NCBI GenBank assembly: GCA_024638845.1
Contig: JAHEJN010000005.1
Span: forward strand, 8,468 to 72,467
Length of the DNA stretch: 64,000 nt
Reading direction: 5' to 3'
Source of the DNA: Acidimicrobiales bacterium
Lineage (GTDB): Bacteria; Actinomycetota; Acidimicrobiia; Acidimicrobiales; JAHEJN01
A model generated the notes under the pieces. It saw only the letters and a program-made list of their open reading frames with translations, was not told the origin of the DNA and did no database searches. A program made the position numbers and the translations under genes. Shown here in pieces: positions 28,537 through 41,400 of this stretch. Position 1 is the first letter of the stretch; each line of letters starts with the position of its first letter.

Positions 28537-28644
28537 ACCGGCAAGCTACCCCACCGGCACCCCTTCCCTTCCGGCGCGCGATCGATGGTGTCCAGCCACC
28601 GCCGCGCGAGCCGGAAGCCCGGGGGCAGCGCATACTCGTCTCGT

Positions 28645-29850
28645 ATGGATCGGAGCAGATGGATCGGGGTGACGCAGTCGTCGGTGCAGGCCGAGGGGGC
28701 CGGCGCCGCGTCCGACTGGTTCGCCTGGGAACGCGAGCGCGAGCTCGGTCCGTCGAGCGACGGGAACGGGTTCGGCACCGACTTCGCCGACGACTTCGCC
28801 CTGTTCGCCTCGCTCGGGCACACCCACGTGCGCCTCACGATCGAGTGGGCACGAATCGAGCCGGCCGGCGGCAAGCTCGACCGCGACGAGATCGACCGCT
28901 ACCACGACATGTTGACGGCGGCTCGCCACGCCGGGCTCGATCCCATCGTGACCCTCGTGTCGACGTCGTTGCCGGGCTGGTTCCACGACGACGAGGGCGG
29001 CTTCCTCGACGCCAAGAACCGGCGCACCCGCTGGGTGACCCACGTCGAGCGTTGCGCCGAGACCTTCGAAGGGTTGGCGGCGGCCTGGGTCGGCATCGAC
29101 GATCCCATCGGCTGGGCGGTCCGGGGCTACGGACTGGGCTCACGACCTCCCGGCAGGAACGACCCCGAGAAGGCCATCGATGCCGTGGTCGCCGCCCTCG
29201 ACGCCGACCGGCTCGCGGCGACGGTGCTGCGGGCCGGCACGGCACCGGTGATCTCGTCGTTCGGACTCCCGACCATCTTCCCCGTCGGGCCCGATGCCGG
29301 CGCGAGTGCCCGGTTCTGGGACGACCTCTTCTGGCAGAGCTGGATCGGAGCCGTCGGCGACGGCGAGGTCCTGGTGCCCCATCGTCGGCCGCGCAAGAAC
29401 CAGGATTACGTCGGCATGTACGACATCGTCGGCTTCATCCACATGCCGCCGCTCGGTGTCGACCGTGAGGGAACGTGCCGTCCCTACCCTGGCGGTGGCC
29501 AGCCCGACGCCACCGGCTTCGTCCCTACCCCGCCCGAGCTGGGCGAGACACTCCGACGCCTCGACGAGGAGCTCCCGAACCAACCACTGCTCGTCACCGG
29601 TCTCGGCGTCACGACCGACGACGACGACTTCCGCGACGCGATCCTCGACGACATGTCGCAGGAGATCGCCTCGGCCATCGGCGACGGAGTGGCCCTGAAG
29701 GGATGGCTCCACGACACCGGTGTCGACGGCTACGAGTGGGCCGGCGGGTTCACACGCCGGCGCGGCATCATCGATCGCGACCGCAACCCCAAACCGAGCG
29801 CCCGCCGGGTGGCCGCACCCGATCGACCCGATCAGGTGCGGGACTTGTAG
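28645..29850 (+). CDS. Glycoside hydrolase family 1-like protein with degenerate catalytic residues
   Basis: QSSVQAEG, RLTIEWARIEP, DGYEWAGG; DDP at the NEP position and TGLG at the TENG position. Confidence 0.85.
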   Translation: MDRSRWIGVTQSSVQAEGAGAASDWFAWERERELGPSSDGNGFGTDFADDFALFASLGHTHVRLTIEWARIEPAGGKLDRDEIDRYHDMLTAARHAGLDPIVTLVSTSLPGWFHDDEGGFLDAKNRRTRWVTHVERCAETFEGLAAAWVGIDDPIGWAVRGYGLGSRPPGRNDPEKAIDAVVAALDADRLAATVLRAGTAPVISSFGLPTIFPVGPDAGASARFWDDLFWQSWIGAVGDGEVLVPHRRPRKNQDYVGMYDIVGFIHMPPLGVDREGTCRPYPGGGQPDATGFVPTPPELGETLRRLDEELPNQPLLVTGLGVTTDDDDFRDAILDDMSQEIASAIGDGVALKGWLHDTGVDGYEWAGGFTRRRGIIDRDRNPKPSARRVAAPDRPDQVRDL

Positions 29851-31259
29851 ATGGCTCTCGATCCACCGGAACCCGAGGTCGCCGTCTTGTTGAGGCGCTT
29901 CGACAGGTGGAGGCCCTCGAGCACGAACTCGATGCCACTCGCCACCAGGGCGGCGTCGTCGAGGTCGTCGTGTTCGAAACCGAGAGCCGTGAGGCACGCG
30001 CCGAGAGCCGGGACACGGTCGAGGAGCTTCAGGTAGAGGTCGCCGGGCACGTCATCGCCGGCATCGACCACCAGTTGGTCGTCGTCGAAGGCCTCGACCA
30101 CCGCCTGGCCCTCGGCCGGATCGACGACGTCCCGGAACACGGTGAGCACCGCCGACTTGAGGAGCGTCTGCACGATCTCACCGTCGCGGCCGTCGTCGAG
30201 CGATTCGATCTCGACCTTGCCCATCGTCGAGGGAGCGAGGGCATCGAGGTCGCACACGCGCGGCACCGCCCGGGCCTCACCCGCCCGGAGCGACCGTCGT
30301 ATGGCGCTCGCCGCCAACGTCTCGTAGTTGGCCACCGAGAGTCGGACCGAGACCCCCGAGCGCTGGTTGATGTGGGGGCTGTCGCGGGCCAGATGACTGA
30401 GCGTGGCCACGATCTCACCCATGAACTCGGGCACCTCGACGCTGACACCGTCGGTCTCGGGCAGGCGTGCCTCCTGCTCGGCGATGTCGAGCTCGATGTC
30501 GACCTCGAGCGGATAGTGAGTGCGGATCTGGGCACCGAAGCGGTCCTTCAGCGGGGTGATGATGCGACCCCGATTCGTGTAGTCCTCGGGATTGGCCGAG
30601 GCGAACAGCAACACGTCGAGGGGCAGCCGCACCTTGAAGCCGCGGATCTGCACATCGCGCTCCTCGAGCACGTTCAGCAGACCGACCTGGATGCGTTCGG
30701 AGAGGTCGGGCAGCTCGTTGATGGCGAACAGCCCCCGGTTCGTACGCGGCACCAGCCCGTAGTGGATGGTGAGCTCGTCGGAGAGATACCGACCCTCGGC
30801 CACCTTGATCGGGTCGACTTCGCCGATGAGGTCGGCGATCGAGGTGTCGGGCGTGGCCAGCTTCTCGCCGTAGCGTTGGTCGCGGTGCACCCAGTCGAGC
30901 GGCGTGTCGTCCCCGTCGTGGGCGATCAGTTCACGGGCGTGGCGCGAGACCGGGTGGTACGGGTCGTCGTTGATCTCGCTCCCGGCGACGATCGGCATCC
31001 ACTCGTCGAGCAGGGCGGTGAGCCCGCGGATCATGCGGGTCTTGGCCTGCCCTCGCTCGCCGAGAAAGATCACGTCGTGTCCGGCGAGGAGCGCGTTCTC
31101 GAGCTGGGGGATCACCGTTTCCTCGTAACCGATGACGTTGGCCACCAACGATTCGCCGGCCGCGATGCGCTTCACCGCATTGGCGCGCACTTCGTCGCGC
31201 ACCGAGCGCGACTGCCAGCCGGCTGCCTTGAGTTCACCGAGGGTGGTGGGTCGGGTCAT
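29832..31259 (-). CDS. Mg-chelatase/MoxR-like AAA+ ATPase
   Basis: GERGQAKT Walker A, INELPDL, ANPEDYTNRGRIITPLKDRFG. Confidence 0.9.
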   Translation of the reverse strand: MTRPTTLGELKAAGWQSRSVRDEVRANAVKRIAAGESLVANVIGYEETVIPQLENALLAGHDVIFLGERGQAKTRMIRGLTALLDEWMPIVAGSEINDDPYHPVSRHARELIAHDGDDTPLDWVHRDQRYGEKLATPDTSIADLIGEVDPIKVAEGRYLSDELTIHYGLVPRTNRGLFAINELPDLSERIQVGLLNVLEERDVQIRGFKVRLPLDVLLFASANPEDYTNRGRIITPLKDRFGAQIRTHYPLEVDIELDIAEQEARLPETDGVSVEVPEFMGEIVATLSHLARDSPHINQRSGVSVRLSVANYETLAASAIRRSLRAGEARAVPRVCDLDALAPSTMGKVEIESLDDGRDGEIVQTLLKSAVLTVFRDVVDPAEGQAVVEAFDDDQLVVDAGDDVPGDLYLKLLDRVPALGACLTALGFEHDDLDDAALVASGIEFVLEGLHLSKRLNKTATSGSGGSRAIYKSRT

Positions 31260-31295
31260 TCCCGGAACCTACACAACCCGACCGTCGAACGACGG

Positions 31296-32531
31296 TCAGT
31301 CGCGGAGGAACTCGGTCTCGAGCTCGTCCCACGGCTGGGCTCGGCTGTACAGCCACCCCTGCCCGCGCCGACATCCGAGACGGAGCAGCTCGTCGACCTG
31401 GCGAGGATGCTCGATGCCCTCGGCCACCACGCCCAGACCGACGGCCCGGGCGAGCTCGACGATGGCGCGCGTGATCGCCGTGTCCTCCGACGACAGGCCG
31501 AGGCCCGCCACGAAGCTCCGGTCGATCTTCAACACGTCGACCGGCAGACGCTTGAGCTGACTGAGCGACGAGAAGCCGGTGCCGAAGTCGTCGACGGCCA
31601 CCTCGACACCCGTGCGGCGCAGCTCGTCGAGCACGTCGAGAGCCGACGGGTCGGACATGAGAGCGGTTTCGGTGACCTCGACGCACAGACCGGAGGAATC
31701 GAGATCGGCGTCGGCGAGCGCCTGCCCGACGACATCGACCAGCTCCTCGTCGCCGAGCTGTTCGGCCGACAGATTGACCCGCAGGGTGAGGACGGTTCCG
31801 CCGAAACGACGAGCCCAGTTGCCGAAGTCGGCGCAGGCCCGGCGCATCACCGATCGACCGATCTCCTGGATCAGCCCCGAGGCCTCGGCCAGCTCCACGA
31901 AGTCGCCGGCAACGACCACGCCACGATCGGGGTGGTCCCAGCGCACCAGGGCCTCGGCACCGAGGGCCAGACCACTCTCGAGATCGATCTCGGGTTGATA
32001 GTGAACCGTGAGCTCGTCGGCCTCGATCGCCTCGACGAGCCGGCTGACTTCGTCAGGGTCGAACGGCTGTAGGACGGGTACCGGATCGGACAACACCCCC
32101 GGCGTCGACTCGGCGTCGTCCTCGGAACGAGTGGGGCGGAAGGTGAGCAGACGCGTGCCGGGCGGGCCGAGCCGCCCGGGGCGGTCGACGAACAACATGA
32201 GCGGGCCCGAGGCACCGAGGAGCAGCGACCCCGAGCCCTTCGGCGCATCGGCGGGGCGGGTCAGCGCCCGTTCCACCGCACCGACGTCGGCTTCGGAGAC
32301 GAGATCGACCAGCGTCGAACCGACCCACTCCTCGGCCGGCCGGCCCAGGATCGAGCCACTGTTCGGGCTCGCGTAGCTGACCACGCCCTCGTGGTCGACG
32401 AGCATCACGGCATCACGGAGGTGGGCCAGGACCTGAGCGTGCACGGGCGCGCCGAGGGTCGACACCGCCGTATCGGTGATGTCGATGACGTCGTCGGTCG
32501 ATTCGAGTTGCTCGAAACCCTGCTCGCGCAC
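31296..32531 (-). CDS. PAS-EAL c-di-GMP phosphodiesterase
   Basis: PAS-like segment (DAVMLVD..G...Y.SP); YQP, EALVRW, VNLS, EVTE, DDFGTG, KIDRSF, AEGIE, QGW all present; no GGDEF. Confidence 0.9.
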   Translation of the reverse strand: MREQGFEQLESTDDVIDITDTAVSTLGAPVHAQVLAHLRDAVMLVDHEGVVSYASPNSGSILGRPAEEWVGSTLVDLVSEADVGAVERALTRPADAPKGSGSLLLGASGPLMLFVDRPGRLGPPGTRLLTFRPTRSEDDAESTPGVLSDPVPVLQPFDPDEVSRLVEAIEADELTVHYQPEIDLESGLALGAEALVRWDHPDRGVVVAGDFVELAEASGLIQEIGRSVMRRACADFGNWARRFGGTVLTLRVNLSAEQLGDEELVDVVGQALADADLDSSGLCVEVTETALMSDPSALDVLDELRRTGVEVAVDDFGTGFSSLSQLKRLPVDVLKIDRSFVAGLGLSSEDTAITRAIVELARAVGLGVVAEGIEHPRQVDELLRLGCRRGQGWLYSRAQPWDELETEFLRD

Positions 32532-32612
32532 CGAAGCAAGTATGGCGACGGTGGTCAGCTCAGCCGTGGATGGCAGGAAGTTTTGCCCAGGCAACGACGC
32601 TACGGTCGAACA

Positions 32613-34772
32613 ATGTCCGAGGCCGGCGGCACGCTTCGCCCACCCCTTCTGCTCGCCGAAGATTGGCGGACGATCACGAGCGACGAGCAGCTCGCGCTGA
32701 CCTTCCACGAACCCGACCTCGACGACAGCGACTGGACACCGCTCACCATGCCGTCGACCTGGCGAACCGAGGCCGCACTTGCCGAAAGTGACGGTCCGGT
32801 CCTCTACCGCCGCCGCGTCCCGAGTTTCGAGCTCGGCGACGAGGAGCGGGCGTGGCTGGTCGCCGGTCGAGTCTTCTCGGAGGCCGACGTGTGGTGGAAC
32901 GGCCACTACCTCGGCGACGTCGACGGCTACTTCGCGGAGGACGCCTTCGAGCTCGATCCGATCCTGCTCGATGGCCCCGAACACGTGCTCGCGATCGAGG
33001 TGCGCCACCAGCCGAGCGGCGAGATCGACGGCAAGCAGTCGATCGTCGGCACCTTCGACGATTCCCGGGTGGTCGACCCCCGCGGCAACCCCGGCGGAAT
33101 ATGGGTCGCCCCCCGCATCGAGCGCACCGGACCGCTCCGCCTCAGCTGGGTGCGAGTGCGGTGCAACGAGGCCTCCCCTGCGGTCGCCGTCCTCACCGTG
33201 ACCGCCACCATCGACTCACTCACCCGGTGCACCGCACGCTTGTCGACGACCGTGGCCGACACCGAGCACTCGTTCGATCAACCCCTCACGATCGGGGAGA
33301 ATCGAGTGGAGTGGCTGGTGTCGGTGCCCGACCCCGAGCTGTGGTGGCCACGCGGGCTGGGCGATCCCCATCTCGTCGACGTGCAGATCGACGTTGCCGA
33401 GATCGACTCGTCCGTGGTCAGCGACCGTCGTCGGCTCCGAACGGGAATCCGGGCGGTCGAGATGAAGAACTGGGCGCTTCGCATCAACGGTGAGCGGATG
33501 TTCGCCAAGGGCGTGAATCTGGCCCCCGCCGGTCTCGATCTCGCTTCCATCACCGCCGAGGACGCCGAGCTCGACCTCCGACTCGCCCTCGACGCCGGGT
33601 TCGACCTCGTGAGACTCAGGGGCCACATCGCCCATCCGGGGCTCTACGACGCCGCCGATCGTCTCGGGTTGCTCATCTGGCAGGACTTCCCCCTCTGGCG
33701 GGGTTACTCCAAACGTGTGCGCCGGCGAGCCGTCCGCCTGGTGAACGATGCCGTCAACCAGCTGGCCCATCACCCGTCGGTCGTCATCTGGTGCGCGCAC
33801 GACACGCCGACGCCCGATGGCATCGACGATGCCGCCGCGCCACGGCCACGCTACGGAGGCGTGCGCGCCGCACTCGGCCAGCAGCTCCCGACGTGGAATC
33901 GGTCGGTGCTCGACCGGTCGGTCAAGCACACGATCGAGCGGTACGACGGAACCAGACCGGTGGTCGCCCATTCGGGACAGTGGCCGCATCCGCCACAACT
34001 CGACGGAACCGACACCCACCTCTGGTTCGGCTGGCGCTGGGGCGAGGGTCGCGACCTCGAGAAGCTGGCCGCCCGCATGCCTCGTGCGGTCCGATGGGTG
34101 TCGGAGTTCGGCGCCGGATCGGTGCCCGACTCGGCGCAGTTCTGCGAACCCGGCCGGTGGCCGTTGCTCGACTTCGACCGACTGACCGCCGACCACGGGT
34201 ACGAGCGCCACAACTTCGAGGCCCACCAGAACCCGGCCGACTTCGCGTCCTTCGACGCCTGGCGGATTGCGAGCCAGCGGTACCAGGCCCAGATCGTGCG
34301 GCGACAGATCGAGGTGCTCCGACGACTCAAGTACCGACCGACCGGCGGATTCTGCCTCGATCATCTCGTCGACTCGTGGCCGGCGATCAGCACCAGCCTC
34401 GTCGACCACGAGCGCGAACCCAAGCTCGCCTACGACGCTGCGTTCGAGGCGCTGGCTCCGGTCATCGTCGTGGCCGATCGACTTCCGACCGCCATCCGAC
34501 CCGGTCAGGCTCTCGCCTTCGACGTCCATGTCGTCAACGACCACCGCCACGAGGTGGCCGCAACCGTCGCCGCCGAAATGCGCTGGCCGAGCACCGGCGG
34601 CTCCCCGACCAGGCACCGATGGGCATGGCAGGGAGTCGTCGACGCCGACGACGTCGTGCGGGTCGGCACCATCAGCTGGGTCGCCCCCGACGTGCCCGGA
34701 CCGGTGACGCTGATCCTGGCGCTCACGGGCGACGCCGACGCCACGAACCGCTACGACACCGAGATCGCCTGA
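32613..34772 (+). CDS. Glycoside hydrolase family 2 (beta-mannosidase-like) protein
   Basis: PELWWPRG.G.P.L, RINGERMFAKGVN, ADRLGLLIWQDF, HHPSVVIWC, VSEFG. Confidence 0.85.
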   Translation: MSEAGGTLRPPLLLAEDWRTITSDEQLALTFHEPDLDDSDWTPLTMPSTWRTEAALAESDGPVLYRRRVPSFELGDEERAWLVAGRVFSEADVWWNGHYLGDVDGYFAEDAFELDPILLDGPEHVLAIEVRHQPSGEIDGKQSIVGTFDDSRVVDPRGNPGGIWVAPRIERTGPLRLSWVRVRCNEASPAVAVLTVTATIDSLTRCTARLSTTVADTEHSFDQPLTIGENRVEWLVSVPDPELWWPRGLGDPHLVDVQIDVAEIDSSVVSDRRRLRTGIRAVEMKNWALRINGERMFAKGVNLAPAGLDLASITAEDAELDLRLALDAGFDLVRLRGHIAHPGLYDAADRLGLLIWQDFPLWRGYSKRVRRRAVRLVNDAVNQLAHHPSVVIWCAHDTPTPDGIDDAAAPRPRYGGVRAALGQQLPTWNRSVLDRSVKHTIERYDGTRPVVAHSGQWPHPPQLDGTDTHLWFGWRWGEGRDLEKLAARMPRAVRWVSEFGAGSVPDSAQFCEPGRWPLLDFDRLTADHGYERHNFEAHQNPADFASFDAWRIASQRYQAQIVRRQIEVLRRLKYRPTGGFCLDHLVDSWPAISTSLVDHEREPKLAYDAAFEALAPVIVVADRLPTAIRPGQALAFDVHVVNDHRHEVAATVAAEMRWPSTGGSPTRHRWAWQGVVDADDVVRVGTISWVAPDVPGPVTLILALTGDADATNRYDTEIA

Positions 34773-34876
34773 ACCCTCACGGGTTTACCCATGATCGTGC
34801 CGACCCGGTAGCGTCGAAGCATCGCCTAACCGTCGTCGGGCTCGCCGTTCGGTGCGCCTCGGAAGGGATCTCCTCG

Positions 34877-35718
34877 ATGGCAACGACACTGTCTCGCACT
34901 CGCGGCGGGCCCACCCCCAGCACGACTGCCGAGCCGATTCGCTCCAAGCCACGTTCACTACCGTTCCCGCTCAGCCTGTACCAGACGGCGGTCGGCAAGA
35001 AGTGGGTCATGGCGCTCACCGGCATCGGACTGGTGGGGTTCGTCATCGCCCACATGATCGGCAACCTCCACATGTACGAGGGTCCCGTGCCGGTCGCCGA
35101 GTACGGAGAAACCCTCCGCGACATCGGCATCGACGTCATCCCCCGTACGTGGTTCCTGTGGGCCCTGCGCGGCGGACTCGTGGTCATGTTCGTCCTGCAC
35201 ATCCACTCGGCGGTCTCGCTGGCGAGGATGAACCACACCTCGAACGCGGGCTCGAAGCTCGACGGCAACAAGAGGTACACCGGCGGCCAGGACTACATCG
35301 CGGTCAACTTCGCCAGCCGCACGATGCGGTGGACGGGCCCGATCATCGCCCTGTACCTGCTGTATCACCTGGCCGACCTCACATGGGGCCTCCTGCCCTG
35401 GGTCGACTTCGAGCGGGGCGATCCCTACCACAACCTGGTCGGGAGCCTCGAGAACTGGCCGGTCGCCATCCTCTACATCGTCGCCAACGTGGCTCTCGCC
35501 GTGCACATCTTCCACGGCGTGTACAGCCTCTTCCAGAGCCTCGGTGTCAACAACCCCAAGATCAACAGCGTGCGGCGCCCCCTGGCCGGAGCGCTGGCGC
35601 TGATGATCCTCGTCGGGAACCTCAGCTTCCCGATCGCGGTGCAGGCCGGTCTGATCGACCAGGACAACTGCGAGGCACCGTGCGGAATCACCGGACTCGA
35701 AGCCGAGGAGGCTGCGGA

Positions 35719-35722
<4 letters not shown>
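34877..35722 (+). CDS. sdhC: Succinate dehydrogenase cytochrome b subunit
   Basis: [11 protein letters not shown]...[26 protein letters not shown] heme-ligand motifs. Confidence 0.93.
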
Positions 35723-37641
<1,919 letters not shown>

Positions 37642-37649
37642 GAGCCGTT

Positions 37650-38420
37650 GTGGAAGCAACGATCAATCTGACCCTCGATGTCTGGCGTCAGGCCGGACCC
37701 GACGCCGGCGGACGTTTCGTGCGCTACGAGGCCAACGACATCGCCGAGGACATGTCGTTCCTCGAGATGCTCGACGTCGTCAACGAAGCGCTGATCACCA
37801 AAGGTGACGAGCCGATCGAGTTCGCCAGCGACTGCCGCGAGGGCATCTGCGGAACGTGCGGGGTCATGGTGAACGGCAAGGCCCACGGGCCCGAGAAGGC
37901 CACCGCAACCTGCCAGCTGCACATGCGAAAGTTCGCCGACGGCGACCACCTGGTGATCGAACCGTGGCGCGCCGCGGCGTTTCCGGTCATCAAGGATCTG
38001 GTCGTCGATCGGTCACCCTTCGACCGCATCATCGAAGCGGGTGGCTTCATCGGGGTGAACACCGGCTCGGCACCCGACGCCAACCTCATCCCGGTGCCCA
38101 AGGACGTCGCCGAGACGGCGATGGACGCGGCGGCCTGCATCGGGTGCGCCGCCTGTGTGGCGGCGTGCCCGAACTCGGCGGCCCAACTGTTCACCTCGGC
38201 CAAGATCCAACACCTCAACCTGTTGCCCCAGGGCCAGGCCCAGCGCTGGAGCCGTACCGAGAACATGATCGAGACGATGGAGCAGTACTTCGGGTCCTGC
38301 ACCAATCACGGTGAGTGTCACGAGGCCTGCCCCAAGGAGATCTCGCTCGACTTCATCGCCTACACCAACCGCGACTACGTGAAGAGCAAGATCAAGAACC
38401 GCAAGCTCGCGGGTCAGTAG
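37650..38420 (+). CDS. sdhB: Succinate dehydrogenase iron-sulfur subunit
   Basis: [33 protein letters not shown]. Confidence 0.95.
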   Translation: MEATINLTLDVWRQAGPDAGGRFVRYEANDIAEDMSFLEMLDVVNEALITKGDEPIEFASDCREGICGTCGVMVNGKAHGPEKATATCQLHMRKFADGDHLVIEPWRAAAFPVIKDLVVDRSPFDRIIEAGGFIGVNTGSAPDANLIPVPKDVAETAMDAAACIGCAACVAACPNSAAQLFTSAKIQHLNLLPQGQAQRWSRTENMIETMEQYFGSCTNHGECHEACPKEISLDFIAYTNRDYVKSKIKNRKLAGQ

Positions 38421-38439
38421 GCCAGACGGCCTCCGGGTC

Positions 38440-41400
38440 TCACGAATCAGCGCGTTCGAGGCGTTGCAGCGCGTCGGTCACCGCACGAGCCGTGACCGCG
38501 ACCTTCGGTTCGACGAGGAGGCCGCCGTGGTCGCCCGGCAACTCGATCACCTCCACGTTCTCCCCCAGATGGTCGCTCCATCCGAGGTCGGACCGACCGG
38601 TGGCCCGCCGCCGCTCAGCGGTGGCGACGACCACGGCCGGAACACCGACGACGGTCCCCGACCGACGATGGGTGTCGAGCATGATTCGGGACGCCCGAGT
38701 GTTCCGGCGCCACCGGACCGCCGGATCGCGGACATCGCGGTCCCGATCGGTGACGACGCCACGGAGGTCCGCAAGAGATCGTCGGCCGGAGCTCGCGGCG
38801 CGTGCCCGCCGCCGTTGCTCGACGGGTGCGGCGTCGACGATCAACAGTCCCTCCACCCACCCCGGAAGTCGTCGATGGAGCCGTCGAACCACCTCGACGG
38901 CCACGACCCCTCCGAACGAGTTGCCCGCAATCACCGGCGGTGGCCCGTCGAGGCTCACGAGCGTCTCGACGATGCGAGCGACAAGACGCCGGAGAACCAG
39001 ATTCGGGCGTTCGCCGATCTCGGATCCGGGGTACGGATACACGAGAACCTCGGGCGGAGCGGCGAGGTGGTGAACGAGGCGTCGTACCTCGACATCGAGG
39101 CTACCGCCACCAGGAAACCAGATCACGCGTCGACCGTCATGACCGGTGCAGATCCGCCGAAGCCGGCCCGGCAGGGGTCCGCCGAGGGAGGCGACCCCGT
39201 CTGCGGCCAACTCGGCAAGGGGTCGATCTCCGACGAGCATGGCCATGTCGAGCCTGACCCCGCGGATGTCGAACAACTGCTCCTGGAGTGAAATGGCGGC
39301 GAAACTGTCGCCTCCGTTGGCCTGGAGGGAGCGAGTCGGGTCGATCGTGGTCGGCGACCGGCCCAGCACACTCGCCACCACGGCGCAGATGTCGGCCACA
39401 TCAGGTGAGAGCGACACGACTTCGGCCGTATCCTGGGATCGGGCGAGAAGCGTTCGGGCCGTCATGTGGTCGATCTTCCCGCTATCGAGCACCGGAATCG
39501 CCTCGACGACCTCGATCCGGTTCAGAACGGCGAACGACGGCAGGAGCTCGGCGACCGCCGAACGCATGTCGGCCGCCGACGGGTGTCCGATGGGAGTGAC
39601 CAGGGCCGCAAGACTGGCGCCGAGCGGCGCCTCCGGATCGATCATGACGAGAGCCGAGCGCACGAGACCGGTCGAGACGAGTGCATGCTCTATCTCGCCG
39701 GCATCGATGCGATTGCCGTTCACGGACAGGCGGGAGTCGCGTCGACCGACGAAATGCAGCCGACCCGCGCCGTCCCACCACCCGAGATCGCCGGACCGAT
39801 GACCCCGATCACCGGCCTCCGACGGCGTGACGAGCGGACCATGGATGACGATCTCGCCTCGCACTCCGGGGGGTACCGCACACCCGTTGGCGTCGATCAC
39901 CTCGAGTCCGACGTTGGCGAGCGGACGACCGATGTCGGGATCCCGAGTGCCCTGCGGCACGGGACCGAGCGTGCTTTCCGACGTGGCTTCCGTACAGCCG
40001 TACTGGTTCACGATCGTCGCATCGGGGAACGCCTCGGCGACGGCGTCGGCGGTGCCCCGGGTCAGCCGATCGGCGCCCGAAACGACCAGTCTCACCTGCC
40101 GGTTCGGGCCGACGTGGCCGAGCACCTGACCTGCCACGGCGTGGAGCATGGCCGGGGTTCCCCGGTACCAGGTCACGGCGAGCTCGTTCAACCGCAGTGC
40201 GATCCGGAATGGATCTCGAACGGTGACGCCATCGAGGAAGTAGAGGGCGCTCCCGCTCAGCAACGGAGCCAACCACTCCGACAGGAACCCGACCACCGAT
40301 GCAGGTTTGGAGACCGTGGCGACCCCGACGGCGTCGGGTGGGACGATCTGATGCCACGCGTGCACGAGGTGGACCAGATTCGACTGCGTTCCCATGCTCA
40401 GGCGCGGCTCTCCGGTCGAGCCGCTGGTGAGACATCCCCACGCCGGCGATTCGGGGTCGATCGAGTCCGGCAGTTGGCCGGGAGGCGAGGCGGTCAAGAG
40501 CTCATCGAAGGAGACCTCCTGGTGACCGGACGGCATGGGTGCTCCGCCGACGTCGGCGACGACGAGGCGCACCGAGGCCGCGGTCAGCTGCGTGGCCATT
40601 CGCCGCTCGGATCCGTCGCACCCAACGGCGACCACCGCGCGGCCGATACGCCAGGCCGCGAGCTGGAGGACGATCTGCTCGAGGCCACCCGGCAGGACCG
40701 AGCCGATCGTCTCACCCTCCGTGGTGCGCCCGGCCAGGGCGATCGCGACGCGCCCGACCAACGCGTCGAGGTCCACGAAAGTGAGGTCGTGATCGAAGGA
40801 GCGCACCGCCGTTCTCCTCGGCCACTTGGCCACACACGTGCGGAACCAGTCGTCGACGGTCGTGAAGCCGGGAACGCCCTGAGGGCCACGGCACCACTCG
40901 TCCACGAGGGCCAGGTCGATCGAGCTGACCCAGCCGATCTCTTCGAGGAGACAATCGGGTGCGTCGACCAACGACTCGACGATCGCGGCGAAGGACCTCG
41001 CGTACGAAGCGGCGACGCTGCGTTCGACGAGTCGCGGATCGAACACGATCTCGAGGGACGCTGAAGAGCCGCCGAGGTGGAGATCGAGACTCACCGGAGC
41101 TCGGGCGACCGGCGGGTCGAGGGAAAGCGACTCGACCGTGAGGCGGCCCAGCTCGAGACGGTCGGTGTCGGTGCGCACCTGAACCCGAGCGTGGAGAATG
41201 GGTTCGCCGTACCGACGGCCTGCCGCATGCCGGATCTCGTCGAGACCCGAATCGGACCGCTCGTAGACGTCCAGGCACTCCTGACGCACGGATGCGAGCA
41301 AGTCCGCCGTCGACCGTGAAGCGGCCAGATCGACGACCACCGGGACGGAGTCCATCGTCACACCTACGGACCCGTCGCAGCTCGACGATCGATGATCGAC

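Noticed and set aside
29832-31259. Non-canonical Walker motifs (GERGQAKT, INELPD) as a sign of inactivation or chlorophyll synthesis
   Set aside because: These variants are typical of this widespread ATPase family, and no bch/chl genes are present.
24224-31275. Identical 12-mer GGAACCTACACA at 24224 and 31264 as mobile-element ends
   Set aside because: Better explained as an extended -10 (TGTGTAGGTT) on the minus strand; the enclosed genes are housekeeping and there is no recombinase.
29475-32072. 865-aa + strand ORF and similar long ORFs (e.g. 20517-22598, 26536-28377, 35473-37143)
   Set aside because: Antisense shadows of well-supported genes, expected at high GC; no recognisable motifs.
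33791-35718. Long N-terminal extensions on sdhC and sdhA in the ORF track
   Set aside because: Arg/Pro-rich off-frame readings over neighbouring genes; homology starts at 34877 and 35719.
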